Assembly: GCF_008065095.1 (NCBI RefSeq)
Contig: NZ_CP042911.1
Coordinates: forward strand, 7,200,001 to 7,232,000
Direction of reading: 5' to 3'
DNA length: 32,000 bases
Source of the DNA: Gemmata obscuriglobus
Lineage (GTDB): Bacteria; Planctomycetota; Planctomycetia; Gemmatales; Gemmataceae
The notes under the pieces were generated by a model. It did no database searches. It saw only the letters and a list, made by a program, of their open reading frames with translations, and was not told where the DNA came from. Below, one piece after another: positions 27,380 to 32,000 of this stretch; the stretch's first letter is position 1, and each line of letters begins with the position of its first letter. A program made the translations under genes and the position numbers.

Positions 27380-27565
27380 ATGCGCCCTTGGGAATTCGTC
27401 GCGCTCTTCGGGGCGCTCCTGTTAGTGGCGTTCGCCTCGTTCGGGCCGATCCGGCGTGCCGCCCCTGGATCGGACGAGCGGAAAGCTCCGCTGTTGGTCG
27501 CGGCACTCTGTTGCATAGGAGCAGCCGGCGTCCTGATCGTGATGCTCGTCAAGTTCGTGTTCTAG
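27380..27565 (+). CDS. Small two-TM membrane protein, 61 aa
   Basis: MRPWEFVALFGALLLVAFASFGP...LLVAALCCIGAAGVLIVMLVKFVF. Mostly G/C at third positions. No homolog recognised. Confidence 0.45.
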   Translation: MRPWEFVALFGALLLVAFASFGPIRRAAPGSDERKAPLLVAALCCIGAAGVLIVMLVKFVF

Positions 27566-27860
27566 GCACGCAAGTCGCGTGGCATTCTCCACTTCGTATC
27601 CCTACGACTTCGCCTTCCGAACGATAGCGCGTTCAGGGTTAACGCAGGAGCGACTGGTCCGGTTGCCCGCTCGTGAGCAACGACAGCAACCCGCCGAACG
27701 GTGCTGGCGGTCGCAGCAGAAGTCGAGAAGTTCGCGGGCGGTGAGGAGGCAGTTCTGATCGGTCGGGTGAAGGGCGGCCGCAAAGCGGATGTACTGCTGG
27801 ATGTCCTTGTTGAGTTTGAAAACGCCGACTTGGTCCTAAAACACCGGCTTAAATGACGTA

Positions 27861-27880
27861 GCCCCGGGTACACCCGGGGC
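27861..27880 (-). terminator. GC-rich hairpin GCCCCGGG-taca-CCCGGGGC, possible terminator of the mini-ORF
   Basis: 8-bp perfect stem, 32 nt downstream of the 27913 stop on the minus strand. Followed there by UACGUCAUUUAA, a weak U-tract. Confidence 0.3.
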
Positions 27881-27912
27881 CACAGGCAGCGTGCGCTTGC
27901 ACAACCTGAATG

Positions 27913-28020
27913 TCAGCGGCGCCAAGCTTCGTCCAAACTCTTGCCGCCCAGACACAGTACGAGCACCACAAGTACGAAGCACGTGATCAGAGCGACCATC
28001 GGATAGCTGAGCTCGATCAT
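27913..28020 (-). CDS. 35-codon hydrophobic mini-ORF (MIELSYPMVALITCFVLVVLVLCLGGKSLDEAWRR)
   Basis: ATG is preceded by GAGG at 5-nt spacing. 26 of 35 sense codons end in G/C although the surrounding DNA is only about 50% G+C. One TM helix plus a charged tail. Too short for the ORF track. Confidence 0.35.
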   Translation of the reverse strand: MIELSYPMVALITCFVLVVLVLCLGGKSLDEAWRR

Positions 28021-28806
28021 GCCGACCTCATCGGTCCGGGGAGAGGGCGAACGGTTTAGTGGGTACCGAGCGGTTCACAGTTTGTCGCAAGTGTTCCGTC
28101 CGTTCAAGAACACTGGCACTTGGTGATGAAGTTTCCGTGATTGGGATACCGAGCAATCGATACCACCAACACATAACTCGTCCGCGGAGCTGTCGGGGCT
28201 GAAGTGTAACACGACGACAGTCGATGCTATCTTCAGAACCACAGCGACGTTACCAACCTCGACTAGTCTAAAAACACTTTTCGTGCCAAATTCCCGCGGG
28301 CGAAACGTTTTCTCAGCTCAAGCGGTCGTTATTTGCTCGTGTGTTTCCTTTCTGGCCGCGCGGTCGTCCGTGAGCTGCTTTACACGGAACCAGTTCGCTG
28401 CTCGTGTCGTTGTGGGATGGGAAAGCGGCGTGCCTTGCACCGTTAAGGACGACCTCATTTCGGCACACGCGAGTTCGGAAATTGGCACAGGTATGGCGCA
28501 CTGTTCGCCCGAAATGCCCCGACGGAAATTCCTCGCGCTCGGGCGTCTCTCTCGGGTCTGTTTCTGCGAGCTATCCGAACACCGACCGTATCGTCGGATG
28601 AGGAACCCGCGAGCGGGAATAACACGCACCTCATGGCACCATCCTTGATGGCCGAGCCGGTGTTTCGTGTGTCAGGACGTGGACCGAGTTGCGGCGTAAC
28701 TCACCGTCTTATACCCGGCTCACGACCCCGTTGCAATCGCACTCACACAACATTCTGTTGTTTTAAATTTCGGTTCTGTGTTCCGTGTTGGGACCGGCGC
28801 GGCAAA

Positions 28807-28836
28807 AGCCCCGGCGAGTCGTGGGGGCTGTTTGTT
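28807..28836 (+). terminator. Weak terminator-like hairpin AGCCCC-(11 nt)-GGGGCT followed by GTTTGTT
   Basis: 6-bp stem. Flanked by an 11-bp direct repeat TGTTCCGTGTT (28779..28789 and 28833..28843). No upstream + strand gene. Confidence 0.2.
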
Positions 28837-28891
28837 CCGTGTTCCCTGACGTGAGAAGTGACCGAGGCTAATTAGGCAAACAACGACCGTA

Positions 28892-28949
28892 ACGGTTGTG
28901 TCCCGGCGGCGCACGGTCGGTTAACCGTGCGCCGCCGGGACACAACCGT
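28892..28949 (-). terminator. 58-bp perfect palindrome (26-bp arms, 6-nt loop), probable terminator of the 28963..29409 gene
   Basis: 28892..28917 pairs with 28949..28924 without mismatch. Begins 13 nt after the stop codon on the minus strand. Downstream is UACGGUCGUUGUUUGCC. Confidence 0.6.
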
Positions 28950-28962
28950 GATCTCACTGCAC

Positions 28963-29409
28963 TCAGCGACCGAACGGGCCGCACCGCAGCTTACCGTGGA
29001 AGTGGCCGCGTGACACCGGACCGACCACCTCGCCCGTCGATTCGGGGTACACCATCGTGAACGCGCCGCTCTGGCGGGTGAGCCCGTCGGTCCCGCCTCG
29101 CAGCCACACGCCCGTGTCATAGGGGTAGTACCCGTACACCCCGACCACCAGCCCGCCGCTCTTGGCGAACGGGACCGCCGGTCCCGGGGGCGTCCCCGGC
29201 GGCACGAACACGTTCGGCGCCGGCGCCCCAACCGGAGGGGCCTCCAGCGTCGGGTTGACGCCGACCGGCGGCGCCGGCGGCGGGGGCGTACTCGGTGGAT
29301 AAACGGGTGGCGGCTGAACGACGGTCGGCGCCGGGGTAGGCGCGGGTTGTGCGCCGGCCAAGTGGCCGAGCGCCGCGACCAGAACGGCCGCGAGTCCGAA
29401 GCGCTTCAT
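28963..29409 (-). CDS. Secreted proline-rich protein with Gly/Tyr-rich C-terminal domain, 148 aa
   Basis: Signal peptide MKRFGLAAVLVAALGHLAGA. Then QPAPTPAPTVVQPPPVYPPSTPPPPAPPVG..., then GGLVVGVYGYYPYDTGVWLRGG. Start trimmed to ATG 29409. Confidence 0.7.
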   Translation of the reverse strand: MKRFGLAAVLVAALGHLAGAQPAPTPAPTVVQPPPVYPPSTPPPPAPPVGVNPTLEAPPVGAPAPNVFVPPGTPPGPAVPFAKSGGLVVGVYGYYPYDTGVWLRGGTDGLTRQSGAFTMVYPESTGEVVGPVSRGHFHGKLRCGPFGR

Positions 29410-29563
29410 GGTGCGTCCTCTCAGAGTGAAGCCCGACGCATCCAGTTTGACCACAAGACCGTACCCACGCGCGAACGATTTCCGATCCCGGAGCGGGCCG
29501 CGGGAACGCGTGCCGCGCGAGCCCGCACCACCGGCGCAATCGGCCGGCGGCGTAGTCGCGGCG

Positions 29564-31438
29564 TCACGTGGCGAACGGACGGGCGACCGCACCGACCGCG
29601 GGCAGGCACTCGGCCCCGCACGCGGCACACCGCGCGACGAACGGCTTCAGCAAGCGCGTCGGGATTGGCATCGTGCCGCTCAGGAACGCGGCCGGGAACT
29701 CCGCCAGCACCTCGGCGCGGAACAGTAACCACCCCTTCAGTTCGCGCACCAGACCTTCGGGCAGGGGTGAGCGAACGCGCAACGTGCGCTCCCCGAACAC
29801 GAGTTCTCGGCGCCGCGACACCAGCCGCACGTCGGCGTCAGGGTCGGCGACGGTGAGCGGGCTCTCGCCCCGGCCGATCGATACCCCCCCGGCCAGCACG
29901 CGCACCGGCCCCAGTTCGTCTTCGGCCCCCCGCGGGTGGCACAACAAAACGAGCCCCGGGTCCGCCGCCAGTAGCCGGGTCGCGGTGCTCGGCGCGTCGG
30001 CCGCCAGCTCGAACACCGTTCGCGCTTTCCCCACCGCTTCCCACGGGCGCGCCGTCCGGTTGGCCCAGACGCCGTAGAGGATGGCGACGTGATTCGCCGA
30101 GAGCCGCGCGGCCCGCGCGAAGTGGGGGGCGGCATCGCAAAGGGCGAGCACCTCGCGCGGGGTACATTCGGCTTCGAACGCGGACGCCAGGAGCAGCGCC
30201 CGCAGGCGGGCGAGTTCGCCCGTGTGGCGCGGGGTGCGGAAGTACACCGCCAGAACGTGCTCGGCGAAATCGGCGGACCGCTCGCCCCGGAACACCGGCG
30301 CGATCAGATCCGCCAATCCGGCCGGATAGTCACGTCCGAAGCGGGCGCTGTCGCCCACACGTAGCGCGAGCGCGGTTGCGAGCAACTGCCCCTCGCCCCG
30401 GTTCGCGTTCGCCCGGGCCACCAGCGCGTTTAGCGGGTTCGCACGATCGAACGGGTCGCCGCGGCCCACGCTGGTGACGCAGAGTCGCGTGAGGAAGCGG
30501 GCGGCGTCGCGCCGGTCCGTGAGCTTCCGCGCCAGCGTCCGCCAGGCGGCGTTGAGAGCCAGATCGTCCGGCGCGCCTTTGGACCGGAAGAGGGCTCGGC
30601 CGAGCAGATAGGCGAGGGCGGACAGCACGAGAGCCCGCGCGACCGGTATCACCAGCGCGCCGGCCAGCATCACACCCGCGCCCAGCAGCGTCGCCCGCAC
30701 CCGGGGGGGGGATAGGACCGGGGCGGTGGCGACGAAGCCGTCGCCGGCGAGCCGCCCGTTCGCGAGGGTGAGTTCCGGCGGCAGGTCGGGCACTTGAGGC
30801 GGGATGTCGCTGAAGCACCCCGGGCACAGACTCACCCCGCGCTCACGAGCGGCCGAGCACAGCGGCACGGTTTCTTCCGGCGTGGCCGTGCCGGCCGCCC
30901 ACACGCCCGCCTGGCGCGCGCCGGTGCGGAACGCGGCCCGGTCGATGAGCGCCGGGTCGCCGGTGGCCGTGTGTTCGGCCCGGAGCACCTCTGCTATTTG
31001 CGCGTTCGAGTACACCTTCCCTTCGACCAGTTCGAGGCGGTGCTCGTGCCAGAGGTGCTTCGCCATCTCTGCGCGGGGGAGCTTGGTGTTGCACCGCGGG
31101 CACGTAAGCTTCACCTTGCGCTCGCGCCGCTCCACCAGCGCATCGAGGGCGCCGGAGCGCTCCGTGAGGTGCTGGAGGTGCCGGAGCCGGCGCAGCGCCC
31201 GCGCCGGCGGGACGCGACCGGTCAGGGCCCGGACCACGTTCCGGACCGCGCCGGGGTGGTCCGGCAGCGCGTCGATCGCGCGCGCCGCCGCGGCGTACCG
31301 CACGGCCAGCGGGATGCCGGGCTGGGCGAGTAGGGGAAGCATCCGGCGCACGAGCGGCGCGCGGGCGGCGGGCGCGGCCCCGCGCAACTGCACCACGAGG
31401 CGGGCCAGCGCCGCACGCGGGTCGGTCGGCACGGACAT
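29564..31438 (-). CDS. 624-aa hypothetical membrane protein with C2H2-like and CxxC zinc-finger motifs
   Basis: CPRCNTKLPRAEMAKHLWHEH (C-x2-C-x11-H-x4-H); LCPGCFSD. Central hydrophobic stretch is LLGAGVMLAGALVIPVARALVLSALAYLLG. C-terminal motif is CAACGAEC. The ATG at 31438 shares one base with the upstream stop (TGATG). Confidence 0.75.
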   Translation of the reverse strand: MSVPTDPRAALARLVVQLRGAAPAARAPLVRRMLPLLAQPGIPLAVRYAAAARAIDALPDHPGAVRNVVRALTGRVPPARALRRLRHLQHLTERSGALDALVERRERKVKLTCPRCNTKLPRAEMAKHLWHEHRLELVEGKVYSNAQIAEVLRAEHTATGDPALIDRAAFRTGARQAGVWAAGTATPEETVPLCSAARERGVSLCPGCFSDIPPQVPDLPPELTLANGRLAGDGFVATAPVLSPPRVRATLLGAGVMLAGALVIPVARALVLSALAYLLGRALFRSKGAPDDLALNAAWRTLARKLTDRRDAARFLTRLCVTSVGRGDPFDRANPLNALVARANANRGEGQLLATALALRVGDSARFGRDYPAGLADLIAPVFRGERSADFAEHVLAVYFRTPRHTGELARLRALLLASAFEAECTPREVLALCDAAPHFARAARLSANHVAILYGVWANRTARPWEAVGKARTVFELAADAPSTATRLLAADPGLVLLCHPRGAEDELGPVRVLAGGVSIGRGESPLTVADPDADVRLVSRRRELVFGERTLRVRSPLPEGLVRELKGWLLFRAEVLAEFPAAFLSGTMPIPTRLLKPFVARCAACGAECLPAVGAVARPFAT

Positions 31439-31797
31439 CAGCCGATCTCGTGAATGGGTTCGTCGCCGGTCGGTTTTTGCACCCGCGGACGTAACAGGAA
31501 CGGCCCGGCGTCGTGGGGACCGAGGGACCACGTCCCCGAAATGCTCCCCTCGCCGTCGGGGCGGCCGACGTAGAGCACTTGATGCCGCCGGCGCCCGTCG
31601 GTCGTGACGTACTGCTTCACAAGCCGCACGGCGCCGGTCGTTTCATCGCAGGTGCCGGCGAACGTGAACGGCCCCACCACGTCGCGCCCCTCGCCGGTCA
31701 CCGTACCGTCGGTAAAGTGCAGCGTGAACGGTGTCATCGCCTGGCGGCCCATGTGCCTCTGAACCCAGAACCCGTCCCAGCGGCCCGATGGGTACAT
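31438..31797 (-). CDS. 119-aa hypothetical protein (beta-rich, Gly/Trp motif), translationally coupled to the downstream gene
   Basis: Strong SD (GGGAGGGA) lies 3 nt before the ATG at 31797. Sequence: GRWDGFWVQ...FTLHFTDGTVTGEGRDVVGPFTFAGTCD...VLYVGRPDGEGSISGTWSL...GPFLLRP. No family name assigned. Confidence 0.7.
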   Translation of the reverse strand: MYPSGRWDGFWVQRHMGRQAMTPFTLHFTDGTVTGEGRDVVGPFTFAGTCDETTGAVRLVKQYVTTDGRRRHQVLYVGRPDGEGSISGTWSLGPHDAGPFLLRPRVQKPTGDEPIHEIG

Positions 31798-31934
31798 CGG
31801 TCCCTCCCAAGGTGTGCCCCGCGAAGCTGTTGCACGGCGGATCGGCCCGCGGGCGCGGGGCGGGCGTCCTCGATTGTACTCCGGTGCCGCCCGCGTTGCC
31901 TACCCGGTGCGGCCCGGCGCTCTAAGGTTGCTGA

Positions 31935-32000
31935 ATGAGTCAGTCCGACCCCCGGCCGTACCTGTGGATGCTGTGCGGCGCGTTCGCGTTCTCGGTGATG
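31935..32000 (+). CDS. 5' end of a membrane protein (possibly DMT/EamA-type), truncated by the window end
   Basis: ATG 31935; MSQSDPRPYLWMLCGAFAFSVM is hydrophobic from residue 9. Only 22 codons are visible. Confidence 0.35.
   Translation, partial: MSQSDPRPYLWMLCGAFAFSVM

Noticed and set aside
27562-27873. 103-aa ORF on the minus strand
   Set aside because: It is S/T/R/A-rich and not protein-like. A different frame of the same strand shows the only coding-like signal, and that frame lacks a start.
28283-28648. ORFs 28283..28648 (+), 28318..28629 (-) and 28404..28601 (+) in the gene desert
   Set aside because: Cys/Arg/Ser-rich translations with mixed codon bias. At most they contain a fossil Tat-leader-like string.

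Overview
High-G+C chromosomal window, with most coding lines above 70% G+C. It looks planctomycete, probably Gemmataceae-like. That is an inference from two DUF1559 ('H-X9-DG') pseudopilin-like paralogs, a TIGR02996+LRR protein, and many Tat, lipoprotein and signal-peptide proteins. About 24 protein genes are supported. Housekeeping genes: holA, an sdhB-type Fe-S subunit, dgkA, a CsaA-type tRNA-binding protein, an LptD-like barrel, an aldo/keto reductase and an S10 peptidase. Signalling genes: an FHA-like/GAF-like/class III cyclase and a single-domain PilZ. The rest are lineage-specific hypotheticals, including a >1,490-aa Ala-rich membrane protein cut by the window start. I saw no rRNA, tRNA or CRISPR array. 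The most concrete non-routine signal is a decayed IS66-family element. GTAAGCG-type ends plus identical 9-bp flanking direct repeats delimit a 2,590-bp unit (5187..7776). The unit holds a frameshifted and internally deleted transposase, an intact fasciclin gene, about 0.6 kb of ORF-free low-G+C DNA, and two extra internal copies of the right end. Other observations: three unrelated, very long perfect palindromes at gene 3' ends (one exactly stop-to-stop, one nested); a DUF1559 gene with an in-frame TGA; a 1.4-kb low-G+C gene desert with a 35-codon hydrophobic mini-ORF; and a translationally coupled 119-aa / 624-aa zinc-finger membrane protein pair of unknown function. I found no module that I can confidently call a new 'system'. 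Candidates are ranked by interest and all functional calls rest on motif recognition by eye.
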